Below, piece after piece: positions 19,644-30,064 of a DNA stretch of 64,000 nt. Source of the DNA: an uncultured bacterium (GTDB lineage Bacteria > Babelota > Babeliae > Babelales > Babelaceae); contig CAWFXL010000001.1 of NCBI GenBank assembly GCA_963819815.1, positions 576,001 through 640,000 of the forward strand. The letters run 5' to 3'. Under the pieces are notes generated by a model, which saw only the letters and a list, made by a program, of their open reading frames with translations, did not search any database and was not told the origin of the DNA. A program made the translations under genes and the position numbers. The first letter of the stretch is position 1. Every line of letters starts with the position of its first letter.

Positions 19644-20996
19644 ATGAACAAGATACTCGGTATAGCTCTAATCCTCCTACCTGCACCTCTTTTTTGTATG
19701 AATAGATCATACGTACTCGAACAACATGAAATCGTACCGCTTCCGCAGATTCAATTTGATGATGAAGGTCATTTTAAAGAAGATAAAGATCTGGCACTTT
19801 TTCTAGTACAAGCCATCCAAGCAGGGGCCATTCCAAAAGACTTTGATGGAATAAAGAGAATAAAGCGTCTGTCAAAAGAGCTCCTAGAAGCACGATATGC
19901 CTCAGAACAATTGTGGTTAGTAGACTGCATGAACGATACTTCATTTATACTTAAAGAAATAAAGGAAGAAAAGGAACCGCTTGAAGAAATTAAACGGCTT
20001 GAACAAGCGCGCACAGACTCTCGACTTCAGCCCTATGTCGGGCCATGCTCACAGGAAAATCTGCAATTGATTTTTCCGGCCAGTTGTATTTCTTACACCC
20101 AATGCCAACGAAAACATATCATGACACTCCTGCCCAAAGCACAGGGGCTACTCTTGCAATCACTCATGGAAGATTTTGAAAAAAGTCCAAATGACCCACA
20201 GGTGTGTAAATGCGCGTGCAAAGCTTACTATGATCTTGGGGCTGCAATGGCAAAGTTCTATAAGAACTTTGGCACTCTTGATGCAACCATAAGTCACAAA
20301 GATCTTCATCAGGGAAATATTTTCTATGATGAGAGCGATGGTCTTATAAGTTTGATCGACAATGAGCGAATAGTGCAAACTCTTGAATGCACAGAAGATA
20401 TAAGCTGCGATCTCGGGTTTTTATTTGTTACATCACCCTTTATCTTAGCTTGGACCTATGGAGATTTTCTTCAACGCTTCCCTGCGAAAAAATGGTATGA
20501 AATCGTGCTGCCCAGTTTTGTTATCGGTTTTATGCGAACCTATGAAAATCGGGAACGAGCGGAGGTGTTCAGCAAGTTGAGTACACTCTTATGCAGGTTC
20601 AATACCACGGTCAATGCTGGTGACTCAACCTCAATAAGAAGTATCATAGAAGAGATACTCAAAGACATGTACCTACGGTTCCAAGAGGGAAAAGCAGCAG
20701 TACATATAGCGGCAAGCAATCCTGATCTAACTGCTCTTGTAAAGATTCTCATCCAAGAAAAAACAAGAGGATTAGGTAAAAAAGATAGCGCGGGCAATAC
20801 GCCTTTACACGAAGCAGCCTACTTTGGTTGCACTGATTCCGTTGCACTTTTAATAGCAGCAGGATGTGATGTATGGGCATGTAATGATAATCAAGAAACT
20901 CCTCTATTCAAGGCGGAGTTTGCGAACCATCGTGAAATTGTCAAGCTTATAAAAAGGTCCGCAACTCAAACCAGCTCATCTGAAAATCAACAGTAA
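19644..20996 (+). CDS. Secreted kinase-like + ankyrin protein, paralog of 17378 lacking the macrodomain
   Basis: Colinear high similarity (IQFDD.GHFKEDKDLALF, YASEQLWL, HKDLHQGNIFYD, GNTPLHEAAYFG). Confidence 0.85.
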   Translation: MNKILGIALILLPAPLFCMNRSYVLEQHEIVPLPQIQFDDEGHFKEDKDLALFLVQAIQAGAIPKDFDGIKRIKRLSKELLEARYASEQLWLVDCMNDTSFILKEIKEEKEPLEEIKRLEQARTDSRLQPYVGPCSQENLQLIFPASCISYTQCQRKHIMTLLPKAQGLLLQSLMEDFEKSPNDPQVCKCACKAYYDLGAAMAKFYKNFGTLDATISHKDLHQGNIFYDESDGLISLIDNERIVQTLECTEDISCDLGFLFVTSPFILAWTYGDFLQRFPAKKWYEIVLPSFVIGFMRTYENRERAEVFSKLSTLLCRFNTTVNAGDSTSIRSIIEEILKDMYLRFQEGKAAVHIAASNPDLTALVKILIQEKTRGLGKKDSAGNTPLHEAAYFGCTDSVALLIAAGCDVWACNDNQETPLFKAEFANHREIVKLIKRSATQTSSSENQQ

Positions 20997-21196
20997 TGGC
21001 ACCGTATGTTAAAAGTCAGGGTAATTTTTAGGAGTTTTTGGTCAAAAGTCAATCATTCTCCGAAATACGATACCCCCCTATAAGAATATCCTCCTCACAA
21101 TCAACCACTCACAGCTTCGATTATGCACAACCAACAAAACTCTTACGTTTTACCCTCCAAATCAGGTAAAGTACTCAAAAGAAGGAGTACATTCCC

Positions 21197-22117
21197 ATGA
21201 AAATCGGCGTCATCGGATTAGGCAAGATGGGTGGACCTATTGCTAAGAAACTCAACGCAATGGATAGCGAGCTTGTAGTTTTTGATGCCAATCCAGCAGT
21301 GCTCCAAGAATATGCTAATGAAGGGTTTGTGGTCGCTCAGAGTATTTCCGACCTCAGTGCTCGTTCAACAATTATTTGGGTTATGGTCCCACAAAGCGTC
21401 CTTGATTCTGTTCTTGATCACCTTTGTGCTTGCACAGAACCAGAAACCGTCATCATTGATGGAGGAAACAGTTTTTATAAAGATAGCATACGTAGAGCTC
21501 TCGATCTTGAAAAAAAGCATCTTGCTTTCCTAGATTGCGGAACTTCAGGAGGCCTTTGGGGAGCTGACCATGGATTTAGTTTAACTATTGGTGGGAAAAA
21601 AGAGGTCTTTCAAAAGGTTGAGCCCGTCTTTAAGCTGCTTGCTGCCTCTTCTACCTCCTATGCTTTAGTTGGCCCAGCTGGAGCAGGACACTATGTAAAA
21701 ATGATTCACAATGGTATTGAGTATGCACTCCTTGAATCCTATGCCGAAGGATTTAATATGCTGCGCAATGGTGCGTATAAAGATCTCGACCTTGCTGCCA
21801 TTAGTACCACCTGGATGTCAGGCGCTGTCATTCGCTCCTGGCTGCTTGAGCTTACTCGCGAGATACTCGTACACGACCAACGACTTGATACTATTAAAGG
21901 ATCAGTGGGAGAGCATGGCATGGGACGATGGACCGTTGAAGAAGCTGAAAAGCTTTCACTTCCTGTTCCCGTCATTAAAGAATCGGTAGAGGTACGAGAA
22001 TGGTCTCGACAAACAGGTGGAGATTTTAGAACGAAGCTTATTGCCTGTGTACGCCATGCCATGGGTGGCCACAAAATCCTCCAGGAACATTGCGAAGGCT
22101 GCCAGGAGGTTCAGTAA
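21197..22117 (+). CDS. gnd: 6-phosphogluconate dehydrogenase, short decarboxylating type
   Basis: GLGKMG, IDGGNS, DCGTSGG, GAGHYVKMIHNGIEY, GEHGMGRWT. Confidence 0.95.
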   Translation: MKIGVIGLGKMGGPIAKKLNAMDSELVVFDANPAVLQEYANEGFVVAQSISDLSARSTIIWVMVPQSVLDSVLDHLCACTEPETVIIDGGNSFYKDSIRRALDLEKKHLAFLDCGTSGGLWGADHGFSLTIGGKKEVFQKVEPVFKLLAASSTSYALVGPAGAGHYVKMIHNGIEYALLESYAEGFNMLRNGAYKDLDLAAISTTWMSGAVIRSWLLELTREILVHDQRLDTIKGSVGEHGMGRWTVEEAEKLSLPVPVIKESVEVREWSRQTGGDFRTKLIACVRHAMGGHKILQEHCEGCQEVQ

Positions 22118-23559
22118 TGGCCTATACATACGACCTTATTGTTATTGGAGGAGGTCCTGTTGGGCTTATCTCCTCTAAGATAGCTGCGGGCTTTGGAAAA
22201 AAGGTTGCACTCATTGAAAAGGAACGCTTAGGTGGAGATTGCACCATCACCGGCTGTGTCCCTTCAAAAACCCTCATAGCTCTTGCTAACTATATCCACT
22301 ACGCTCAAGATCTAGCACCGTTTAACTGCAACTTTTCTGCAGCATGCCTTGATACAAGCAAGGTACTTGAGCATGTACATCAGATAGTCGAAGAGATCTA
22401 TGCAGGACATACTCCTGAGCTCTTGCAACAACAAGGCATCGAAGTGATATTTGGAGAGGCATCTTTCATCGATCAGCATACGATTTTAGTGAACGGTAAT
22501 AAGCTCACTTCACACAGCTTTGTTATTGGAACAGGATCAAGACCCTTCGTTCCCCCGATAGAGGGATTAGATTCAGTTCCCTATCTTACCAACAAAAACT
22601 TTTTTGATCTTACTTCACTCCCTAGATCACTCCTTATCTTAGGAGGAGGACCAATCGGTATCGAACTCGGTAGCTGCTTACAACGCCTTGGTACCCAAGT
22701 CACTATCATCGAACAAAATGAGCGAATTCTTCCTCGCGAAGAAGAGGAACTGGTTATACTCCTGAGTAAGAATCTGCAAAAAGATGGTGTCATACTTAAA
22801 ACAAGACATAAGGCTATCAAGGCATTTGAACAAGATGACCAGATAACTCTTGAATGTCTTGATAGCAACCAGAACAAGGTCATCGTATCCGCTGAGAAAC
22901 TTCTTATCGCCGTCGGTCGTCGCCCAAACATAGAAGGGCTTAACCTTGAAAATGCCGGTGTAGCTGTTACACCCAAAGGAATCACGGTATCTCAAACTCT
23001 TCAAACAACTGCAAAAAACATCTATGCAGCGGGAGATGTGGTAGGACCTTACCTCTTTAGTCACATGGCTGAATATCAAGCTACCATCGCCACACGCAAT
23101 GCTCTCATTCCTTTCTTTAAGAAGAAAGTTGATTATAGACAAGTCGTCTGGGTTACGTTTAGCGATCCTGAGTTAGCATCATCCGGGCTTACCGAGCAGG
23201 CTGCAAAAGAGCTCTATGGGGATCGTATTAAAGTTTATCGTTCCTCATATGCACAAAGTGATCGTCCCCGAACTGATGGACGCACAGAAGGTATGGCAAA
23301 ATATATTTGTGATAGTAAAGGGTACCTCATAGGAGCACATATTTACGGAGCGCGCGCTGGAGAACTCATAGCTGAGCTTCAGGTAAGCAAATATTATCGC
23401 ATCAAACTAGCATCTTTATATCAGGTCATACATCCCTACCCTACCTACAGTGCCATCACCTGGCAGGCAGCAAAAAAAGCCTATATAGAGTCTCTGCAAA
23501 ATCAGTGGTTTCTCAAGCTGGTACGAAAGCTCATGGGCTATTTTAAAAGAAATAGATGA
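22117..23559 (+). CDS. Pyridine nucleotide-disulfide oxidoreductase (dihydrolipoamide dehydrogenase/MerA-like)
   Basis: GGGPVG, GGDCTITGCVPSK redox disulfide, GGGPIGIE, IHPYPT; no MerA C-terminal CC. Confidence 0.9.
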   Translation: MAYTYDLIVIGGGPVGLISSKIAAGFGKKVALIEKERLGGDCTITGCVPSKTLIALANYIHYAQDLAPFNCNFSAACLDTSKVLEHVHQIVEEIYAGHTPELLQQQGIEVIFGEASFIDQHTILVNGNKLTSHSFVIGTGSRPFVPPIEGLDSVPYLTNKNFFDLTSLPRSLLILGGGPIGIELGSCLQRLGTQVTIIEQNERILPREEEELVILLSKNLQKDGVILKTRHKAIKAFEQDDQITLECLDSNQNKVIVSAEKLLIAVGRRPNIEGLNLENAGVAVTPKGITVSQTLQTTAKNIYAAGDVVGPYLFSHMAEYQATIATRNALIPFFKKKVDYRQVVWVTFSDPELASSGLTEQAAKELYGDRIKVYRSSYAQSDRPRTDGRTEGMAKYICDSKGYLIGAHIYGARAGELIAELQVSKYYRIKLASLYQVIHPYPTYSAITWQAAKKAYIESLQNQWFLKLVRKLMGYFKRNR

Positions 23560-23886
23560 GCCAAGCATGGTCTTGAGCCCAGACTCTGCTTAAAACGGAA
23601 TCCCCATTAAAGCAGTCCTTCTCTCTATCAATTTATTACATGTGCACCTCTTACAAGACCACCTCGTCAACTTTTGTCTTTTGGTGTATTGTAAAGCCCT
23701 ATACTCCGCCAACTCTTTCATTTCGTTATAAAACTCATAGAGATGGACTTCCCGTACTTTGGATGACGACTATACCTTTAAAGACTTTTTAGAGCTAACA
23801 TAACTCAATTTGCCTAAAGCACCTCTTTTGATTTACACTAGTGCTACTATTATCGCACCCTCTTACATAGTAAGGAGATTCTCTTT

Positions 23887-24132
23887 ATGATGAAATACAT
23901 CTCTTCTCTTGCATTATGCAGCATACTTCTGCTTGTTACTGCATGCGGTGGCAAAAGATGTGGCAGCGGTTGCTGTCCAACCACCACCACCCGTATAAGC
24001 ACAGATTCAAGTACTGTAGTGGTACATGACGGAGGTAGAACACCTCATGAACAAACCATTATGGTTACTGGACCTTCTGATAAAGAGGCTCTTGAAGAAG
24101 CTGAGCTTGAAGAAGTAATGACCAACAAGTAG
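23887..24132 (+). CDS. Small lipoprotein
   Basis: AAGGAG RBS, lipobox VTAC, Cys-rich N-terminus. Confidence 0.7.
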   Translation: MMKYISSLALCSILLLVTACGGKRCGSGCCPTTTTRISTDSSTVVVHDGGRTPHEQTIMVTGPSDKEALEEAELEEVMTNK

Positions 24133-24164
24133 ATTCCTTAGCCCTCTGAGAGCGAGAAAGCACT

Positions 24165-25895
24165 ATGGAGCAACGATCTCTCCGTGATGGGGCAAAATAT
24201 ATCTGGCAACTGCCTGAGCAATCATCTCAGGCAGTTCTTGATTTGGCACTTTCATACAATATTTCAGTACCTATTATGCATACTCTGTATTCACGGGGTA
24301 TGACATCAAAAGAAGAGCTCGATCGGTTTCTCTTTAGTACGTCTGAACGTGACGTTACCCATGCCAGCCATTTAAAGGATGCTGAGAAGGCTGTTGAGCG
24401 AATTCTTAAAGCCATACAAAATAAAGAAAAGATTCTCATCTGTGGCGACTATGATGTCGATGGTATTACCTCTTCAGCAATGATGATGACCTGCTTACTC
24501 CCCTTAGGTGCGCAGATCAACTTTTTTTTGCCGCACAGGGTCCATGATGGATACGGACTCTCAGCAAAAACAGTCCAACGGGCTGCACTGAATAACTACA
24601 AAGTACTGGTCACCGTCGATAATGGTATTAGCGCTTTTGAAGCTGCTTTCGAAGCCAAGAGGCTAGGGCTTGATCTGATCATTACCGATCACCATAAACC
24701 GCATGCAGAGCTACCGATTGCACTTGCTATTATTAACCCTCATCAAGACACCTGCCCCTATCCCTACAAAATGTTTGCCGGTGTCGGCGTCATCTTTAAA
24801 ATTATGTCTCTGCTGTATGAGCGCATACAAAAGGAGCTGCCTCCAAAGGTATATGAGCTGCTTACCTTAGGTACCATTGCCGACGTCGTTCCCCTGACGG
24901 GAGAAAATCGCTTTTGGGTACGGCATGGACTGCATCTGGTAAACGCCCATGAAAGCCTTGCAATGCGCGTGCTTAAAAAGAATGCGCGCTTTATTAAACC
25001 TGCAGTATCATCACTTGATATCGGCTTTTCCTTAACACCACAACTCAATGCTCTTGGCCGTCTTGAAGATGCACGTGATGGGGTTGCGTTTCTTATTGGT
25101 CAGGATGAAGCTCGAGTAGAACGGATCGGCACGATATTAAAAGAGCTCAATGAAGCACGGAGATTTATTGAGAAAAAGATATTTCAGGACGTTGATGAAC
25201 AGATTCAGACCAAAAAAATTGATCTTGATAATGAGCGTATTATTATTGCCTCATCTTCACAGTGGCAACCTGGTGTTATTGGCCTTGTTGCCTCTCGCTT
25301 AGTGGGTGCCTATAATAGACCGGCAATATTACTTTCGATCACCAGCCAATCAATAGCAAAAGGATCCTGTAGATCTGTTCCTGGATTTAATATGTTTGAC
25401 GCGCTTTCAGAACATAAAGATCTGCTCACCACATTTGGTGGTCATGCCCAGGCTGCAGGACTTTCCTTACCTCTTGAACGGGTCCCTTTATTAAAAGAAC
25501 GTCTTGAAAAAACGGTACGCGAACGAATACCGACCTTTCAAGCAAAGGCAACCTTAGAGCTCGATGCAGAAGTGCGCCTTGAAGAGGTCAACAAAAAACT
25601 CATAGATGATCTTGCGAACTTAGAACCTTTTGGAAATGGTAATACAGAGCCTAAGTTCTATATAAAAGATGTGAGCCTCATTGAAGCACCAAAGCTCCTT
25701 AAGGATGCCCATACGAAGCTCATGGTATTTAGTCAGGGAACTATTAAACCGGTTATCTTTTTTAATAGGCCCGACGTCTACGAAACTCTTTTAAAAAATG
25801 GCGACCAGTCCTTTTCCCTAGCAGTACAAGCCACTGAGAACCATTTTAATGGACGGGTATCGGTGGAACTTCAGGGCGTGGATATCGCTCTATGA
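24165..25895 (+). CDS. recJ: ssDNA-specific exonuclease RecJ
   Basis: GDYDVDG, DGYGL, TVDNG, TDHH, GTIADVVPL, GGHAQAAG, LEPFGNGN. Confidence 0.97.
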   Translation: MEQRSLRDGAKYIWQLPEQSSQAVLDLALSYNISVPIMHTLYSRGMTSKEELDRFLFSTSERDVTHASHLKDAEKAVERILKAIQNKEKILICGDYDVDGITSSAMMMTCLLPLGAQINFFLPHRVHDGYGLSAKTVQRAALNNYKVLVTVDNGISAFEAAFEAKRLGLDLIITDHHKPHAELPIALAIINPHQDTCPYPYKMFAGVGVIFKIMSLLYERIQKELPPKVYELLTLGTIADVVPLTGENRFWVRHGLHLVNAHESLAMRVLKKNARFIKPAVSSLDIGFSLTPQLNALGRLEDARDGVAFLIGQDEARVERIGTILKELNEARRFIEKKIFQDVDEQIQTKKIDLDNERIIIASSSQWQPGVIGLVASRLVGAYNRPAILLSITSQSIAKGSCRSVPGFNMFDALSEHKDLLTTFGGHAQAAGLSLPLERVPLLKERLEKTVRERIPTFQAKATLELDAEVRLEEVNKKLIDDLANLEPFGNGNTEPKFYIKDVSLIEAPKLLKDAHTKLMVFSQGTIKPVIFFNRPDVYETLLKNGDQSFSLAVQATENHFNGRVSVELQGVDIAL

Positions 25896-26575
25896 TAGTT
25901 ACCATCGATGGGCCAACTGCCTCCGGCAAATCTACCGTAGCTCGTGAGCTGGCCAAAAGACTCGGCATTACCTATATAAATTCAGGTCTTTTATTTCGCG
26001 CTTTGGCCTATCTTGCTGAAACAAAGCATCTTACCCTAAATTCAGAGTCACTGAATCATATTCTCACCTTAGGCAAAGAAAGCATCCTCCGTTACTGCTA
26101 TACTCAAGAACAAGGTGCTCAGGTATTTTACCAGGATGAAGATATCACCCCCCTACTTAAGACACCTTCAATGGACCAGCTAGCCTCCAAGATAGCTCTT
26201 GACCCTCAGGTACGAGAAGTCATAGCCCTCTATCAACAAAAGCTAGCTCAGACTCATAGTGTGATTGCTGAAGGTCGGGATTGTGGTACGGTTATATTTC
26301 CCCAAGCTGACTACAAATTCTACATCACCGCAAGTCTTGATGTGCGTGCTCAGCGTTGGCAAAAGGATCAGGAAAAAAAAGGTGCTCACTATACACTCAA
26401 AGAGAGTAAGCATTTCGTTGAAGAACGGGATACAAGAGACTCTGAAAGAAGTCTTGCTCCTCTTGCTATCCCAGTAGGAGCGCAGGTCATAGATACAAGT
26501 ACTATGACTATTGGCCAAGTTATTGACACTTGTTTAGCCTTCATCAAGCAAATGAACGACACCGAACTCGATTAA
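25892..26575 (+). CDS. cmk: Cytidylate kinase
   Basis: TIDGPTASGKST, EGRDCGTVIFP, ERDTRD.R..APL. Confidence 0.95.
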   Translation: MIVTIDGPTASGKSTVARELAKRLGITYINSGLLFRALAYLAETKHLTLNSESLNHILTLGKESILRYCYTQEQGAQVFYQDEDITPLLKTPSMDQLASKIALDPQVREVIALYQQKLAQTHSVIAEGRDCGTVIFPQADYKFYITASLDVRAQRWQKDQEKKGAHYTLKESKHFVEERDTRDSERSLAPLAIPVGAQVIDTSTMTIGQVIDTCLAFIKQMNDTELD

Positions 26576-26606
26576 CATAAGAACGACTTAGGTTGCTCTT
26601 TTTGCT

Positions 26607-26780
26607 TTTAATGTCAAAACACCGCCTTTTCCCGTGACATGAAATTGCCCTTTTCCCAATTTCATGTCAAATTTTTCATCCACTTATCTTGACATGAAAT
26701 TGGATTTTTCCGAGTTTCACGTCAAACCCATCACCTATTTTTCTTGACGTGAAATTGACTTTTTCCGCATTTCATGTCAA
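26607..26780 (+). repeat. Array of 37-bp palindromic units, 55-bp period, upstream of ATPase paralog 1
   Basis: Units 26634-26670, 26689-26725, 26744-26780 = (T/G)TGACRTGAAAT-N13-RTTTCAYGTCAA, 18-bp linkers; degenerate half-unit TTTAATGTCAA ending 26617. Confidence 0.9.
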
Positions 26781-26811
26781 ACTATATCTCATAAGAAAGA
26801 AAGGAAATGAT

Positions 26812-28251
26812 ATGTCACTTCCCTTTATTGGACGCAAAAAAGAGCTCGCCACTCTTGAGAAACTCTTAAAAAAGAGTGTTGCAAGCCTGGTAGTTGTCAA
26901 AGGCAGGCGCAGGATAGGGAAAAGCCGCCTCATCCAAGAATTTGCAAAAAAATATACCTTCTACCAATTTAGTGGGCTGCCCCTCACTCCAGAAACTTCT
27001 ATTCAATCTCAGCTAGATGCCTTTGCATTACAGTTAAGCGAACAAACAGGTCTTCCAAAAATTCAGGCCAATGATTGGAGTAAACTTTTTCATTTGCTAG
27101 CGGACAAAATTAAAACAGGAAGAATTATTGTCCTTTTTGATGAAATTTCTTGGATGGGATCAAAAGATCCAGACTTTCTCGGAAAATTTAAAAATGCTTG
27201 GGACATCTATTTCAAGAAGAACAATAAACTCATCTTCTTTCTCTGCGGTTCAGTATCATCATGGATTGATAAAAATATTTTAGCGAGCACAGGGTTCGTA
27301 GGAAGAATTTCCTTTAGACTTACCTTAGATGAACTCCCTTTAAATGAGTGTAACGAATTTTGGACACACAAAGATAGCCTCATTTCACCCTATGAAAAAT
27401 TCAAAATACTTTCTGTTACCGGAGGCATTCCACGCTATCTGGAGGAAATAGATACCTCACTTCCAGGCAATGAAAATATCAAAGATCTGTGCTTCTCACC
27501 AGGAGGTCTTCTTGTACATGAATTTCACGATATATTCTCAGATATATTTGGTCATCGGACTGGAATCTATAAAAGAATTGTTGAAGCTCTCGCAAATGGA
27601 CCCTTAGATGCAAAAAAAATATGTAAGCTCTTAGGAGTCACCTATACAGGAACCCAAAATGAATACTTAGATGATCTTGTCGCGTCTGGTTTTGTAAAGA
27701 GAGACTACACATGGCACTTCTCTACCGGGAAAATCTCGCGATTCAGCCAATTTCGATTAAGCGATAACTACGTACGCTTTTATCTTAAATACATTGATCC
27801 TGTTTTACCAAAAATTGAAAATCATACTTTTGATTTTGCCTCTCTCAGCGCACTTCCCGGATGGGAAACAATTAAAGGCTACCAATTTGAGAATCTCGTT
27901 TTAAAAAACAGGCGCTTCTTGAGAGAGTGTTTACACCTCAACCCTAATGATATTATCGCAGATAATCCCTTTTTCCAGCGAACAAGTGAGGAAGTCCCTG
28001 GTTGTCAAATCGATTACCTTATTCAAACTAAATTTAGAGTACTTTATGTCTGCGAGTTTAAATTTAGTAGTCAACCGGTTGGCACGAGGGTTATACGGGA
28101 AATGCAAGAAAAGATACGGAGACTATCATACCCTAAAGGATTTTCTATTCTGCCAGTTCTCGTACACGTTAACGGCGTCGACGACGAGGTCCTTGGCAGT
28201 GGATTTTTTGCAAACGTTATCGATTTTTCGCAAGCTCTTACCCAGGGTTAG
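26812..28251 (+). CDS. Archaeal-type P-loop ATPase + wHTH + PD-(D/E)XK nuclease-like protein (DUF234/DUF4143-like), paralog 1
   Basis: FIGRKKE, Walker A GRRRIGKS, Walker B VLFDE, LCGS, GGIPRYL, C-terminal QIDY..VCEFK; ATG 26812 after AAGGA. Confidence 0.88.
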   Translation: MSLPFIGRKKELATLEKLLKKSVASLVVVKGRRRIGKSRLIQEFAKKYTFYQFSGLPLTPETSIQSQLDAFALQLSEQTGLPKIQANDWSKLFHLLADKIKTGRIIVLFDEISWMGSKDPDFLGKFKNAWDIYFKKNNKLIFFLCGSVSSWIDKNILASTGFVGRISFRLTLDELPLNECNEFWTHKDSLISPYEKFKILSVTGGIPRYLEEIDTSLPGNENIKDLCFSPGGLLVHEFHDIFSDIFGHRTGIYKRIVEALANGPLDAKKICKLLGVTYTGTQNEYLDDLVASGFVKRDYTWHFSTGKISRFSQFRLSDNYVRFYLKYIDPVLPKIENHTFDFASLSALPGWETIKGYQFENLVLKNRRFLRECLHLNPNDIIADNPFFQRTSEEVPGCQIDYLIQTKFRVLYVCEFKFSSQPVGTRVIREMQEKIRRLSYPKGFSILPVLVHVNGVDDEVLGSGFFANVIDFSQALTQG

Positions 28252-28450
28252 CATATCTTCGAAAGTATAGAGTTTTTTACTGAGTTCATGAAGAACTACC
28301 AATTATCACTTGCCAATAAGAAAATGCATCACAGGCATAACTACAATAGCCAATCAATAAGTTTGTATTTTTGATTCATGGAAAAGGAAAGAAAACTTAT
28401 ATCAGTTCTTTGAGAACCTTTGATTTCTTCTTCTAGTAGAGTGTTTCTAA

Positions 28451-28509
28451 TCTTTCCCTCAGCCAAGGAAAGATGATCTTCCCACTTTTTTCCTTCCCCG
28501 AGGGAAAGA
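28451..28509. terminator. Hairpin between convergent ATPase gene and lysS
   Basis: TCTTTCCCTC...GAGGGAAAGA inverted repeat. Confidence 0.45.
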
Positions 28510-28544
28510 GGGCTCAATATTTCGCTTACGAGCCTCTCAATCGA

Positions 28545-30050
28545 CTATTTCTTTTTGAGTGTAGGGAAAAGTATCACTTCTTTGATCGAAGTAGTATTGG
28601 TGAGAATCATTGCTAAACGGTCGATCCCAATACCAACACCTGAGGTTGGCGGCAGTCCATACTCTAACGCACGTATAAAATCAGCATCAAATTGATGAGC
28701 CTCCTCATCACCAGCCTCCAAATTTTTGAGCTGATCGATGAAACGCTGCGCCTGATCGAAAGGATCATTTAACTCGTTATAGCTGTTTGCAATCTCCATG
28801 CCCGCAATAAAAAACTCAAACCGGGGAGCTATAGCAGGATTGTTCGGATCTTTTTTTGTCAGCGGCGATACCTCTATCGGGAACCCTACAATGAAGGTAG
28901 GCTGAATCAGCTTACTCTCAACAAGCTCTTCAAACAGCGCATAGACCTTTTCTGCAGGAGAAGCACCCTTTCTCAGCGTGACGCCATAGGTTTTCAATGC
29001 CGTATCAATTGTATCTTCTTGAAGATCGCTTTTGGTAAGTTTCGTATGTTCAATAAGCGCCTCAACCATGGAGCAGCGTTTAAACGGCTTCTCAAAGTCT
29101 ACAACATGCTCACCAAAAGGAGCATGAAGGGTACCACATACTTCTTTAACGACAGAGCGAACAAGCGCTTCTACAAAATTGAGACTATATTGGTAATCTT
29201 GATGAGCTGTATAAAATTCCAACATCGTAAACTCAGGATTATGACGCGTCGAAACACCTTCATTTCTAAAGTTCCGATTAATCTCAAAAACCCGCTCAAA
29301 ACCACCAATAATAAGCCGCTTTAAATACAGTTCAGGAGCTATACGTAAATAGAACTCTGAATGCAAGGCATTATAGTGCGTAACAAAAGGCTTTGCTGCA
29401 GCACCTCCTGCTATCGGATGCAGCATAGGAGTTTCTACTTCTACGTAATCATGAGCTTCAAGGTAGGCTCGCATCGTATGAATAAGTTTACTCCGCTTAA
29501 TAAAACGTTTACGAACCTCTTCGTCCATCAATAAATCTAAATACCGTTGACGGTACTTTGTTTCAATATCTTGTAACCCGTGAAACTTCTCAGGCAGTGG
29601 AAACAGACACTTTGAAAGGAGAACATATTTTTCAACCTTGAGGGTAACTTCACCCATCTTCGTTTTGAATGAGGAACCTTCTACCCACACAATATCCCCA
29701 ACATCAATAAGATGCTCAAAGATATCAAATGCTTCTTCCCCTACTTTATCACTGCGAAGATAGATCTGCAGACGCCCGGTGATATCCTGAATATGAGCAA
29801 ACGCAGTTTTTCCATGAAGACGAACGGTCATAAGTCGCCCTGCAATACTATACCGACGCTCAACCTCATCATCCTTAAATTCACTCAGAACCGTTTCACA
29901 GTGTGCTGTGGTCGGCATCATAGAAGGCCAAGGATCGATCCCTTTTTCACGAAGTTTGCGAACTTTTTCAACACGAACTCGATGCTCTGCCGACTCGTCA
30001 CTCAAGGCACCTTCAAGTTCGTGAAGGAGTCCATCTTTTTTTTCAGCCAT
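28545..30050 (-). CDS. lysS: Lysine--tRNA ligase (class II)
   Basis: YRQRYLDL, YLRIAPELYLKRL, FRNEG, HNPEFTMLE, GIGIDRL. Confidence 0.98.
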   Translation of the reverse strand: MAEKKDGLLHELEGALSDESAEHRVRVEKVRKLREKGIDPWPSMMPTTAHCETVLSEFKDDEVERRYSIAGRLMTVRLHGKTAFAHIQDITGRLQIYLRSDKVGEEAFDIFEHLIDVGDIVWVEGSSFKTKMGEVTLKVEKYVLLSKCLFPLPEKFHGLQDIETKYRQRYLDLLMDEEVRKRFIKRSKLIHTMRAYLEAHDYVEVETPMLHPIAGGAAAKPFVTHYNALHSEFYLRIAPELYLKRLIIGGFERVFEINRNFRNEGVSTRHNPEFTMLEFYTAHQDYQYSLNFVEALVRSVVKEVCGTLHAPFGEHVVDFEKPFKRCSMVEALIEHTKLTKSDLQEDTIDTALKTYGVTLRKGASPAEKVYALFEELVESKLIQPTFIVGFPIEVSPLTKKDPNNPAIAPRFEFFIAGMEIANSYNELNDPFDQAQRFIDQLKNLEAGDEEAHQFDADFIRALEYGLPPTSGVGIGIDRLAMILTNTTSIKEVILFPTLKKK

Positions 30051-30064
30051 TCTTTTTCATCTCA

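Noticed and set aside
22117..23559. Mercuric reductase merA
   Set aside because: Lacks the C-terminal Cys-Cys pair and the N-terminal HMA domain; no mer operon.
26634..26780. Calling the 37-bp repeat array a CRISPR array
   Set aside because: Only three degenerate units. The 18-nt linkers are too short and resemble each other (~10/18 identical), and there are no cas genes in the window. Reported as a non-CRISPR array instead.
26749..26811. ORF-track start of ATPase 1 at 26749
   Set aside because: This GTG lies inside the repeat array. ATG 26812 has an RBS and aligns with the paralog start (FIGR/IIGR).
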